A DNA stretch of 64,000 nucleotides from Gammaproteobacteria bacterium (GCA_965221985.1 OZ244928.1:535198-599197); one strand, 5' to 3'; positions 30,043 through 37,646 are shown, counted from the stretch's first letter. The notes: generated by a model from the sequence alone, not told the origin. A program made the numbers and translations.

Positions 30043-30120
30043 CTGGAAGTAGCTCAGCCTGGTCAGAGTCCTCGGCTTGGAACCGAGATGCCGCTGGTTC
30101 GAATCCAGCCTTCCAGACCA
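30043..30120 (+). tRNA. tRNA-Pro(UGG), CCA encoded
   Basis: Acceptor CTGGAAG/CTTCCAG. Anticodon stem CTCGG/CCGAG with loop CTTGGAA. T-loop GGTTCGAATCC. Confidence 0.8.
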
Positions 30121-30128
30121 AATTCAAA

Positions 30129-30216
30129 GGAGACTCGCAAGGTCGGCGTGCTTATCCGGTTTGAACCCGGTGATGTCCTTACGGACGTGGGGGTTCGATC
30201 CCCTCAGTCTCCGCCA
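30129..30216 (+). tRNA. tRNA-Ser(UGA), long variable arm, CCA encoded
   Basis: Acceptor GGAGACT/AGTCTCC. Anticodon loop TTTGAAC. Variable-arm hairpin GTCCttacGGAC. T-loop GGTTCGATCCC. Confidence 0.7.
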
Positions 30217-30225
30217 ACAAACATT

Positions 30226-30301
30226 GGTGAATGTAGCTTAACGGCAAAGCCCCAGACCGTGAATCTGGTTGATATCGGTTCGAGTCCGTTCATTCACCCC
30301 A
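30226..30301 (+). tRNA. tRNA-His(GUG) with encoded G-1 and C33, CCA encoded
   Basis: An extra 5' G before acceptor GTGAATG/CATTCAC. Anticodon stem CCAGA/TCTGG with loop CCGTGAA. T-loop GGTTCGAGTCC. Confidence 0.7.
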
Positions 30302-30308
30302 ATCAACT

Positions 30309-30398
30309 GGAGAAGTGGCCGAGTGGCTTAAGGCACTCGTTTGCTAAACGAGAGGGGCGTGCCGTCCCACCCAGGTTCGAATCCTGGCTTCTCCGCCA
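30309..30398 (+). tRNA. tRNA-Ser(GCU), long variable arm, CCA encoded
   Basis: Acceptor GGAGAAG/CTTCTCC. Anticodon stem CTCGT/ACGAG with loop TTGCTAA. T-loop GGTTCGAATCC. Confidence 0.8.
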
Positions 30399-30401
30399 CA
30401 T

Positions 30402-30478
30402 CCGCCTGTAGCTCAGTTGGATAGAGCGGCTGGCTTCGAACCAGCAGGACGGGGGTTTGAGTCCCTCCAGGCGGTCCA
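30402..30478 (+). tRNA. tRNA-Arg(UCG), T-loop TTTGAGT, CCA encoded
   Basis: Acceptor CCGCCTG/CAGGCGG. D GCTCAGTTGGATAGAGC. Anticodon stem GCTGG/CCAGC with loop CTTCGAA. Confidence 0.7.
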
Positions 30479-30480
30479 CT

Positions 30481-30554
30481 CCGCTCTTGGCATAGTGGCT
30501 GTGCACCTGGCTTTTAACCAGGTGACGGGAGTTCGATTCTCTCAGGGCGGACCA
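30481..30554 (+). tRNA. tRNA-Lys(UUU), CCA encoded
   Basis: Anticodon stem CCTGG/CCAGG with loop CTTTTAA. T-loop GAGTTCGATTCTC. Confidence 0.75.
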
Positions 30555-30561
30555 ATTCAAT

Positions 30562-30637
30562 GCGGGCATAGCTCAATCGGTAGAGCACGACGGCGCCACC
30601 GTCGGGGTTGTGGATTCAATCTCCACTGCCCGCACCA
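30562..30637 (+). tRNA. tRNA-Gly(GCC) with C33, CCA encoded
   Basis: Acceptor GCGGGCA/TGCCCGC. D GCTCAATCGGTAGAGC. Anticodon stem CGACG/CGTCG with loop GCGCCAC. Confidence 0.65.
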
Positions 30638-30638
30638 A

Positions 30639-30709
30639 TGAGAGGGAGGCGGTCTCACGCGGGGCTCATAACCCCGCTTTCGCCGGTTCGAATCCGGCCC
30701 TCTCGACCA
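30639..30709 (+). tRNA. tRNA-Met-like (CAU) with a shortened D-arm. Possibly a non-canonical or pseudo-tRNA
   Basis: Acceptor TGAGAGG/CCTCTCG. Anticodon stem CGGGG/CCCCG with loop CTCATAA. T-arm GCCGGTTCGAATCCGGC with ACCA. Only about 11 nt lie between position 9 and the anticodon stem. Confidence 0.45.
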
Positions 30710-30712
30710 TGT

Positions 30713-30789
30713 TGTCCGATAGCTCAGTTGGTTAGAGCGCCGCTCTTACAAAGCGGAGGTCGTCGGTTCGAATCCGTCTCGGACTACCA
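30713..30789 (+). tRNA. tRNA-Val(UAC), CCA encoded, with a 1-72 mismatch
   Basis: D GCTCAGTTGGTTAGAGC. Anticodon stem CCGCT/AGCGG with loop CTTACAA. T-loop GGTTCGAATCC. Confidence 0.7.
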
Positions 30790-30898
30790 GGGTTGGGCAC
30801 GCGCGCGGTGTTCAGCGGTTCGGGTTTTGATCCCGTCTGGCACACTCACGCTCCCATCGCACGGTGTGTACCGAGCGTACCGTTAGCACTCAACCACC

Positions 30899-30975
30899 AC
30901 GGGAAATTAGCTCAGTGGGTAGAGCATCAGACCTGTAATCTGACTGTCGCAAGTTCGACTCTTGCATTTCCGCCA
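30899..30975 (+). tRNA. tRNA-Thr(UGU)-like with C33, a G1-G72 mismatch and no discriminator. Questionable functionality
   Basis: D GCTCAGTGGGTAGAGC. Anticodon stem TCAGA/TCTGA with loop CCTGTAA. T-arm GCAAGTTCGACTCTTGC. Confidence 0.4.
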
Positions 30976-31502
30976 ATGCCCTGTCACGGCATCAAGGCAA
31001 GGCTTCGGCCTGCGGTTCGAATCCGCTCCCGGGCGAGGATATCGCCCCACCCGTGTCCGTTGTCGGCAAAGACGTTCGACGATCCGCAAGGACGTCGAAC
31101 CTCCGAGCAGCACGACTGTTGCCGATCAGTGATCCGCCGCGTCGATCCTGCATGTCGCCCACGTCGCATCCGCCCGATACTCGCGAACGCTTTGGTGATC
31201 GCGGGCGAAAGCCGACGCCCCGTGCACGATGTGCCCGATTGGCCGGCGCCATCGATCTGCGGCACTCCTGTGACAGCGGACACACATATTCATACGATCG
31301 GGCCACAAGTGGCCCGGGCTCTCTAAACCATAGACGACAAAGGAGGTGATCCGAAGTGGCTGGTCTCAGTCGACTGGCAGAAGTAGAACGGCGCATTCAG
31401 GAGCAAAAGTCCAGCCACCAAGCGGCCCGACCTTTGCGCACTTTGCGTCCAAACCAACGACCGTCATTTGACGGAAACAACAACGAAGAAGGAGAACGCA
31501 CA

Positions 31503-32645
31503 ATGTGGTTCTACAACAAGTTCATCGTGCGCAAGCACGAACGCGGTCTCCTGTTTAAGGATGGAGACTTCATCAAGTTCGTGGCACCGGGAACATATCG
31601 TTACTTCAGCCTGCGTCGCCGCTACGCGGTTGAGCGCTTCGACCTGTCGGTCGCTGCGTTCGAACACCGCCTGGCCGACTATCTGGTTGAGGCCGAGCGC
31701 GCTGAGGTCGATCGCCTGTTTCACGTCGTTGAAACCAACGCCGATGAAGTAGCGCTGGTCTACCTCAACGAGCGTGCCTCGGCCGTGCTCGCACCGGCGG
31801 AGCGCAAGCTCTACTGGAAAGGTGTGGTCAAGGTTCGTGTTGAGCGCTTCGACCTCAATGAGGGCATTGCGCTTGATGCGCGCCTGACCAAGCGCCTTGT
31901 AAACGGCCGCGATGCGAAGGTACTCGCGGTTGTCGACAAGGCGGTCTACGCACGCATCGTACCCGACGGTCACGTAGGTCTGCTGTACGTGGATGGTGAA
32001 CTCACCGATACCCTGGCAGCCGGCCTGCATGCCTTTTGGAACGTTGCCCACGCCGTTGGCGTGGAGCTTGTGGACCTGCGTGTCAAAGCACTGGAAGTTC
32101 AAGGTCAGGAAATCCTGACCAAGGACAAAGTGGCACTGCGTATCAACGTAACCGCTACTTACCAGTACATTGACGCCGCCAAAGCCGTTCGCGCGGTCAA
32201 GGATCCGCTGGATCAACTATACAAAGAGATCCAGTTTGGTCTACGCGCGGCTGTGGGTACCCGCAAGCTGGATGCGCTGCTCGAGGATAAGACTGCGATC
32301 GACCGCGACATTGCGGATCACCTTGGCAAGCGTTTCGCTGAGATCGGCCTCAGCGTGATCAGCGTAGGCGTGAAAGACATCATCTTGCCCGGCGATATGA
32401 AAGACCTGCTGGGCAAGGTTGTTGAAGCCGAAAAAGCGGCACAAGCGAATGTTATTCGCCGCCGCGAAGAGACAAACGCAACTCGCTCGCTGCTGAACAC
32501 CGCGAAAGTGATGGAAAGCAACAACGTAGCTCTGCGTCTCAAAGAGCTGGAGACTCTCGAGAAGATCACCGAAAACGTAGGCGATCTATCTGTCGTGGGT
32601 GGTCTCGACGCTCTGCTGAATGGACTGGTAAACATCAAGTCTTGA
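31503..32645 (+). CDS. SPFH/band-7 (stomatin-prohibitin-flotillin-HflKC, slipin-like) domain protein
   Basis: KDKVALRINVTATYQYIDAAKAVRAV..DPLDQLYKEIQFGLRAAVGTRKLDALLEDK..IDRDI..FAEIGLSVISVGVKDIILPGDMKDLLGKVVEAEKAAQANVIRRREETNA. An alternative GTG start at 31356 is preceded by a perfect anti-16S SD (AAGGAGGTGATC). Confidence 0.8.
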   Translation: MWFYNKFIVRKHERGLLFKDGDFIKFVAPGTYRYFSLRRRYAVERFDLSVAAFEHRLADYLVEAERAEVDRLFHVVETNADEVALVYLNERASAVLAPAERKLYWKGVVKVRVERFDLNEGIALDARLTKRLVNGRDAKVLAVVDKAVYARIVPDGHVGLLYVDGELTDTLAAGLHAFWNVAHAVGVELVDLRVKALEVQGQEILTKDKVALRINVTATYQYIDAAKAVRAVKDPLDQLYKEIQFGLRAAVGTRKLDALLEDKTAIDRDIADHLGKRFAEIGLSVISVGVKDIILPGDMKDLLGKVVEAEKAAQANVIRRREETNATRSLLNTAKVMESNNVALRLKELETLEKITENVGDLSVVGGLDALLNGLVNIKS

Positions 32646-32652
32646 TTCAGCA

Positions 32653-32690
32653 CCGGGAGGGTGTGCAACGCGCCCTCCCAACTTTTTCTA
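32653..32690 (+). terminator. Rho-independent terminator after the SPFH gene
   Basis: GGGAGGGtgtgcaacgcgCCCTCCC followed by AACTTTTTCT. Confidence 0.6.
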
Positions 32691-32691
32691 C

Positions 32692-32768
32692 ACGGCTGTA
32701 GCTCAGCGGATTAGAGCGCGACTCTGCGAAGGTCGAGGTCACAGGTTCGAATCCTGTCAGCTGTACCA
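32692..32768 (+). tRNA. tRNA-Arg(GCG), an unusual anticodon for bacteria, CCA encoded
   Basis: D GCTCAGCGGATTAGAGC. Anticodon stem CGACT/GGTCG with loop CTGCGAA. T-loop GGTTCGAATCC. Confidence 0.6.
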
Positions 32769-32776
32769 ATTACTAT

Positions 32777-32850
32777 TCGGCGCTCGTCCAATGGCAGGAT
32801 GCGAGACTTTGAATCTCGAGATCGTGGTTCGAGTCCACGGCGCCGAGCCA
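32777..32850 (+). tRNA. tRNA-Gln(UUG), CCA encoded
   Basis: Acceptor TCGGCGC/GCGCCGA. Anticodon stem CGAGA/TCTCG with loop CTTTGAA. T-loop GGTTCGAGTCC. Confidence 0.8.
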
Positions 32851-32857
32851 GGACAAA

Positions 32858-32931
32858 TGGTCAGTCGTCTAATGGTAGGACTGCGGCTTCCAAACCCGCT
32901 AATCGGCGTTCGAATCGTCGCTGGCCAGCCA
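32858..32931 (+). tRNA. tRNA-Trp(CCA), CCA encoded
   Basis: Acceptor TGGTCAG/CTGGCCA. Anticodon loop TTCCAAA. T-loop GCGTTCGAATCGTC. Confidence 0.7.
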
Positions 32932-32934
32932 CTT

Positions 32935-33008
32935 CATGCCGTGGCCGAACGGTTAGGCGCGAGGTTGCAACCCTCGTCATCTCGGTTCAAGTCCGAGCGG
33001 CATGTCCA
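32935..33008 (+). tRNA. tRNA-Cys(GCA), CCA encoded
   Basis: Acceptor CATGCCG/CGGCATG. Anticodon stem CGAGG/CCTCG with loop TTGCAAC. T-loop GGTTCAAGTCC. Confidence 0.75.
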
Positions 33009-33012
33009 ACTC

Positions 33013-33091
33013 TCCCCAGTAGCTCAGCCAGGTGTAGAGCAACCGTCTTATATGCGGTTGGTCGCTGGTTCAATTCCAGCCTGGGGGACCA
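33013..33091 (+). tRNA. tRNA-Ile(UAU)? A rare AUA-decoding anticodon. CCA encoded
   Basis: D GCTCAGCCAGGTGTAGAGC. Anticodon stem ACCGT/GCGGT with loop CTTATAT. T-loop GGTTCAATTCC. Confidence 0.55.
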
Positions 33092-33092
33092 A

Positions 33093-33170
33093 ACCCTCGT
33101 AGCTCAATGGATCCAGAGCACCGAGCTTCTACCTCGGGTGTTGCAGGTTCGAGTCCTGCCGAGGGTGCCA
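33093..33170 (+). tRNA. tRNA-Arg(UCU), CCA encoded
   Basis: Acceptor ACCCTCG/CGAGGGT. Anticodon stem CCGAG/CTCGG with loop CTTCTAC. T-loop GGTTCGAGTCC. Confidence 0.8.
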
Positions 33171-33178
33171 ACAACTAA

Positions 33179-33257
33179 GGCCGTCTGACGGGAACTAGGC
33201 ATACCTACCTGTCTTAGAAACAGGTGTTTCTCGGTTCGACTCCGAGGGCGGCTACCA
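33179..33257 (+). tRNA. Non-canonical tRNA-Leu(UAG)-like: short variable arm and an atypical D-arm. CCA encoded
   Basis: Anticodon stem CCTGT/ACAGG with loop CTTAGAA. T-arm CTCGGTTCGACTCCGAG. D-region TGACGGGAACTAGGCATACCT has no clear 4-bp D-stem. Confidence 0.5.
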
Positions 33258-33262
33258 ACATT

Positions 33263-33340
33263 GCGGATCTGAAGGGAACAGGCATACCTCGATGGCTTAA
33301 AACCATTGGCATCCCGGTTCGATTCCGGGGGTCCGCACCA
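33263..33340 (+). tRNA. Non-canonical tRNA-Leu(UAA)-like, CCA encoded
   Basis: Acceptor GCGGATC/GGTCCGC. Anticodon stem GATGG/CCATT with loop CTTAAAA. T-arm CCCGGTTCGATTCCGGG. D-region TGAAGGGAACAGGCATACCT. Confidence 0.5.
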
Positions 33341-33341
33341 C

Positions 33342-33419
33342 GCGCAGGTGACGGGAACGGCATACCTGGGTAGCTCAAAACTACTTGCTTCCGCGTTCGA
33401 ATCGCGGGCTGCGCACCAA
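33342..33419 (+). tRNA. Non-canonical tRNA-Leu(CAA)-like, CCA encoded
   Basis: Anticodon stem GGTAG/CTACT with loop CTCAAAA. T-arm CCGCGTTCGAATCGCGG. D-region TGACGGGAACGGCATACCT. Confidence 0.5.
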
Positions 33420-33423
33420 CTAC

Positions 33424-33502
33424 GCGGATCTGAAGGGAATTGGTTATACCTCGGTGGCTCAGACCCACCGGCATCCCGGTTCGACTCCGGGGGTCCGTAC
33501 CA
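33424..33502 (+). tRNA. Non-canonical tRNA-Leu(CAG)-like, CCA encoded
   Basis: Anticodon stem GGTGG/CCACC with loop CTCAGAC. T-arm CCCGGTTCGACTCCGGG. D-region TGAAGGGAATTGGTTATACCT. Confidence 0.5.
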
Positions 33503-33506
33503 AATC

Positions 33507-34115
33507 ATGTCTACACAATTCGCATTGTCACTACGAGAAATGACGATGACCGAAAGGATTCTAAAACTGGATGTAGGCGGACGACCGATTGCGTGGATTA
33601 CGCGCGAGGACGGTGCCCTACTGTACTGCCGCGAACAGGTAGCGTGGGAGGCTGGAGTTGAAGAGATCATTCTTCGTGGCGGCTACTCACGGCGCACTGG
33701 TCTTCGGTCAGTCCTGCGTGTGAATTCTATCGTCGCAACAACCGCGGTAGACAAGGGCGCGGACGACTGGTCCGGTACTCCGGCGCTAACCAATCCGCGC
33801 CTTTTCCGTCGAGACGACTACATGTGTCTCTACTGCGGTGAGGCTCTGCCGCCAAGGTTACTCACCCGCGATCACGTGATTCCTCTGTCAGCAGGCGGTC
33901 AGGACACCTGGGAAAACGTTGTGTCGGCATGCCGGCCCTGCAATCACAGGAAAGACAACCACTCGCTGGAAGTCATTGGAATGCGACTCCTGGCTGTGCC
34001 CTATGCACCGAACCGTGCCGAGGGCCTGATCCTGGAAAACCGCCGCATTCTGACGGACCAGATGGAGTTCCTGCGATCACGCGTCGGCTCAGGCAGCCGG
34101 CTGCGTGTACCATAA
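33507..34115 (+). CDS. HNH endonuclease
   Basis: CLYCGEALPPRLLTRDHVIPLSAGGQDTWENVVSACRPCNHRKDNH. The track ORF 33306-34115 is an N-terminal extension that reads through the upstream tRNAs. The start was chosen at the first ATG after the array. Confidence 0.75.
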   Translation: MSTQFALSLREMTMTERILKLDVGGRPIAWITREDGALLYCREQVAWEAGVEEIILRGGYSRRTGLRSVLRVNSIVATTAVDKGADDWSGTPALTNPRLFRRDDYMCLYCGEALPPRLLTRDHVIPLSAGGQDTWENVVSACRPCNHRKDNHSLEVIGMRLLAVPYAPNRAEGLILENRRILTDQMEFLRSRVGSGSRLRVP

Positions 34116-35543
34116 ATGGACAAGGACAAGACAATGTCATTTTTGCAAGAAGTACAGAAAGTATCGGATGCACACTACGTGCTACCAAAGATCGGTGACA
34201 TGCGCACTGAGGTGCACGCGTACCTGTCCGAAGCTCTGTTTGCGCAAACCGATGAAGCGCTGTGGCGTCAGGCCGCACAGGCGGCCGCCTACCCAGGCAT
34301 GATTGGCCTTTACTTGATGCCTGACACACACCTGGGCTACGGCATCCCGGTCGGCGGCGTTGCCGTGACCGAAGACGTCATCATCCAGGCCGGCAGCGGT
34401 TACGATATTTCATGCGGTGTCGTGTACCTGAAGGTGCCAAACCTGACGGCTGCAGATGTCGCCGACTGGGACAAGCGTCGCCGCTGGATCTATGAAGTCG
34501 AGCTGCGCATCGCGACTGGTATCGGTAGCGATCGTCCGAAACACATGCCTCGCATTGCGGACACCAAGATCGAGGACATCTTTCGCTATGGTGCGCAGGC
34601 CATCGGCGTGCATGCGGACGTTTGCGAACGTCAGTACATCGACGTGGACGAACAAGTGCTGGATACCGATCGTATCGAGCGTGCTCGCAACAAGGCGGGG
34701 CCACAGATTGGTTCGGTCGGTGGCGGCAACCACTTCGTGGAAATGCAGGTCGACGTCAACGACGGTTCGGTCTGGGTGATGATTCACTGTGGCAGTCGTG
34801 GTTACGGCTGGCAAACGGCGAACCATTACTTCTATGAAGGTGCGGCGCTGCGCGGCCTAGCGAAGAATCGTCGCGAGGAGTCGTGGCTCCGCGCAGACGA
34901 GCTCTTGGGCCGCGAATACTGGGCCCACCACAACTCGGCAGCGAACTATGCCGTGGCGAATCGTCACATCATCGTTCGTGGTGTGCAAAAAGCACTTGAG
35001 AACGTCTTCAATGCAACCGGTGAGGTCTTCTACGAGATCTCGCACAACCTGGTGCAGGAAGAGACGCTTGTGCTGCCGGACGGCACTACCAAGAAGGGAT
35101 TCGTCCACCGAAAGGGCGCGACCCGCGCATTTCCGGCGGGACACCCTGACCTGGTGGGCACAAAGTGGGAAGACACGGGTCATCCATGCCTTGTGCCAGG
35201 CTCAATGCTAGACGGTGCGGCCATCCTTTACCCGTTGAAGGGTGCGTACCAGTCAGGTTGCTCTGTGAACCATGGTTCCGGACGTGTGATGGCGCGTGGC
35301 CAGGCCAAGCGTGAGCTGGCCGAGCTGCATGACGATATCGACGCCGAAATGCGCCACATCAAGCGTACGCTGGGTGGCGTAGAGGTAGAAGGCATCGTCG
35401 GCAACACACGGCGCACGCCGCTGGATGAGTGCGGCCACGTCTACAAGGATTTGGACGAGGTACTGCGCGTGCTGGAGACAGAAGGCATTGCTCGCGTAGC
35501 AAACCGAATGTACCCAGTGGCCAATATTAAGGGCACCGATTGA
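34116..35543 (+). CDS. rtcB: RtcB-family RNA 3'-phosphate ligase (tRNA-splicing/repair ligase)
   Basis: GGGNHFVEMQV, HCGSRGYG and VNHGSGRVMARG, with a length of 475 aa. Confidence 0.85.
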   Translation: MDKDKTMSFLQEVQKVSDAHYVLPKIGDMRTEVHAYLSEALFAQTDEALWRQAAQAAAYPGMIGLYLMPDTHLGYGIPVGGVAVTEDVIIQAGSGYDISCGVVYLKVPNLTAADVADWDKRRRWIYEVELRIATGIGSDRPKHMPRIADTKIEDIFRYGAQAIGVHADVCERQYIDVDEQVLDTDRIERARNKAGPQIGSVGGGNHFVEMQVDVNDGSVWVMIHCGSRGYGWQTANHYFYEGAALRGLAKNRREESWLRADELLGREYWAHHNSAANYAVANRHIIVRGVQKALENVFNATGEVFYEISHNLVQEETLVLPDGTTKKGFVHRKGATRAFPAGHPDLVGTKWEDTGHPCLVPGSMLDGAAILYPLKGAYQSGCSVNHGSGRVMARGQAKRELAELHDDIDAEMRHIKRTLGGVEVEGIVGNTRRTPLDECGHVYKDLDEVLRVLETEGIARVANRMYPVANIKGTD

Positions 35544-35559
35544 GGTGCCCCTCTTTTTT
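35526..35559 (+). terminator. Rho-independent terminator overlapping the rtcB stop codon
   Basis: GGGCACCgattgaGGTGCCC followed by CTCTTTTTT. Confidence 0.6.
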
Positions 35560-35570
35560 GGAAACTGGTC

Positions 35571-36497
35571 ATGCAGCTGGTTGAAGCCAAGGAGATCATA
35601 GAGTGTCTGCCGAGGAGTAAAACGCGGTTTTACTACTTCAAGGACCGGTATGCGTTGTTGTTGCTGAGTCTAGTTACCCGCAATCACGCATCGAAAAAGG
35701 ATCTCCGCACGACGCGCTTTGCCAAACTTCTCGAAAAGGATGTTGTCCGGGAAGCGCTTAGTCAGTCTCGTGGAGAAGAGCTGACTGCCGAAGTCTTCGA
35801 CACTGTATGGCCGGTACGTTATGAGTGCTACTTCCTCACGCTAGCGATTTGGGGATCAAAGAACAGAGATTCCTGGTATCAAACCTCACGCCGAGGTTTC
35901 AATCTCGTTCTCCAACTCAACTTCTCGTCAGAACACGACGAACCGTATAAGAGGCTTGTGGATCCAAATGACGCTCGCCCGTTTGAGTATGGTGGGCATC
36001 CTGTCGCGGACGGTCGTTTCCACACGCTTGCCTGGGCGCGACTGGACATCGATCTTGCGAACGACGAGGCACTCATTGAGGAAGTACAAAACGACTGGAT
36101 AAGGGAGGCACTATGGGCACGGCGAGTTGCCGTACGAGAACAAGGTCCGATTTACTATTGGGGGTCAAAGGTTGAGAACGACCGGGTAATCCGCTACGTC
36201 GATAACGTGCTACGGCAACACGAGGGCATCTGGCACGAAGCGACGCTCTCTGCGGCAATCTGGTTTTTGCGTTGCGAGATAGGCGTGAGGAACATCTACT
36301 ACCACACCTATGAATCCGGCGCGCGCTTAAAGTCGATTCAGTACAGCATGCCGCCGCGGTCAGTTTATTCCAGGCTTCCGCGGCGATTCTGTTTCAAAGA
36401 GACGGACGAAGTGCCTAGATTCTTGGCTATGAATAGTAGATCTCGAGTTTGGCAGCAGCAGCTGGATCAGGCACGTTTCTTTGAGATCAGGCTGTAG
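35571..36497 (+). CDS. Hypothetical protein, the last gene of the tRNA-array/RtcB module
   Basis: A 308-aa ORF with no recognised motif. Same strand and tightly spaced after rtcB. Confidence 0.5.
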   Translation: MQLVEAKEIIECLPRSKTRFYYFKDRYALLLLSLVTRNHASKKDLRTTRFAKLLEKDVVREALSQSRGEELTAEVFDTVWPVRYECYFLTLAIWGSKNRDSWYQTSRRGFNLVLQLNFSSEHDEPYKRLVDPNDARPFEYGGHPVADGRFHTLAWARLDIDLANDEALIEEVQNDWIREALWARRVAVREQGPIYYWGSKVENDRVIRYVDNVLRQHEGIWHEATLSAAIWFLRCEIGVRNIYYHTYESGARLKSIQYSMPPRSVYSRLPRRFCFKETDEVPRFLAMNSRSRVWQQQLDQARFFEIRL

Positions 36498-36660
36498 GGG
36501 AGAGACAGGGGGCAAATTCGATACGCGGACACGGGGATTTTCCGTTCGATCGGTGACTGCCCTAGGCTATATTTTTCAATAGTCTACTGGGACGTTCGTT
36601 TCGAATTCGTACTACTTTGCGGGACTTTGCATAGCCCATCTACGCAAAACTCACGAACGC
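36497..36660. repeat. Degenerate internal copy of attL plus the island-end segment (diverged tRNA-Phe 3' remnant followed by a 120-bp conserved block)
   Basis: gggggcaaattcgatacgcggacacggggattttccgttcgatcggtgactgccctaggctatatttttcaatag.., compared with 27087-27250. Confidence 0.55.
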
Positions 36661-37100
36661 TTGCCGAGGTCGACATGACATCGGCATACAAGGTCACAAA
36701 TGACGAATCGAAGTCCTTCTCGCTGACACGAGCTTCGTTCAGAACCAATGGTCAAAACGCTATTTCTATCGGGCACCGGCGTCGTGGTGGGCCTGAGGGA
36801 ATGAGTATCAACCCACTGGCGGCGGCGGCAACGGTGGTGTCAACAAGCGAATAACCCATTGCCGCCCGCTACGACCGACTCAAGAGAAGACGTCGGGTTG
36901 CATGCGTGCCTCGGATGGAACTGGCACACCACGGTGCATGGCCGATACCTTTACGAGCCGAAACAAGATTGCGCTCAATCAAGTAGTTGACCGCAGGATT
37001 AACGCGCCTTGGTCAATGAGCTGGGGCGCGAGAGTCACCTGCACAACACCGATGACCTGGAACCCGGCGAGTGGTTTATCGACTACGAGCTCGCCGTTTC

Positions 37101-37613
37101 TTAGTCGGCATCCAAGCGCAGTAAGCCCAGCTTGACCAGGCGAATAGTCATCGCCTGTTCGCTGACTTCAAAGCGCAACGCCAGTAACGCGATGTCCAAG
37201 TCCGACAGCGAGTCGTTGGGCACGGCACTGCGCACCATGTCTTCCGGCATGAGTAGCTCAGCGGCAAAACGATTCGCTTGGATTTCCTGAATATCAGTGC
37301 CTGCTCCGGCAACGGCACCACGCTGAAACGCTTGATCGACGAACAGCTGGTCGTCACCTTCTTTGCAATGCAGGAAATAGTGACCGCACTCGTGGGCCGC
37401 CGTAAAACGTTGTCGGTTCGGATGGTGCGTGCTGTTGATCGCGATCGTGGCTTGGCCGTCCTCGATCAGCAGCAATCCGGAATCGGCATCGTCCATGTCT
37501 TCGAAAGCGAGATTGATGTCTCGCTCTTCAATAATGCGAAACACGTTTACGGCAGGCACGGTGACTTTATGTGCACGCAATAGCTCCGAAACTTCGGCTA
37601 AGTCACTCATCAT
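37101..37613 (-). CDS. ImmA/IrrE family metallo-endopeptidase
   Basis: The HEXXH motif in TAAHECGHYFLH. Confidence 0.75.
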   Translation of the reverse strand: MMSDLAEVSELLRAHKVTVPAVNVFRIIEERDINLAFEDMDDADSGLLLIEDGQATIAINSTHHPNRQRFTAAHECGHYFLHCKEGDDQLFVDQAFQRGAVAGAGTDIQEIQANRFAAELLMPEDMVRSAVPNDSLSDLDIALLALRFEVSEQAMTIRLVKLGLLRLDAD

Positions 37614-37646
37614 TCACTCCAATGGTCGGGCGCGGAGGAAGCACCG

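Noticed and set aside
30790-30898. A possible additional tRNA between Val and the Thr-like gene
   Set aside because: It contains a T-arm-like CGGGTTTTGATCCCG, but I could not fold an acceptor or anticodon arm. It is likely a decayed remnant.
30793-31326. A 177-aa plus ORF plus several overlapping minus ORFs in the array spacer
   Set aside because: It spans the tRNA-like gene at 30899 and GC-rich spacer, with no RBS or motif. It was treated as non-coding.
33342-33419. Possible selenocysteine or opal-suppressor tRNA (anticodon UCA)
   Set aside because: On recounting the 7-nt loop CTCAAAA, positions 34-36 are CAA (Leu), not UCA. My first reading was a split error.
33306-33506. An N-terminal extension of the HNH ORF
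   Set aside because: The extension is translated across three tRNA genes, so the true start is downstream of the last tRNA at 33507 or later.
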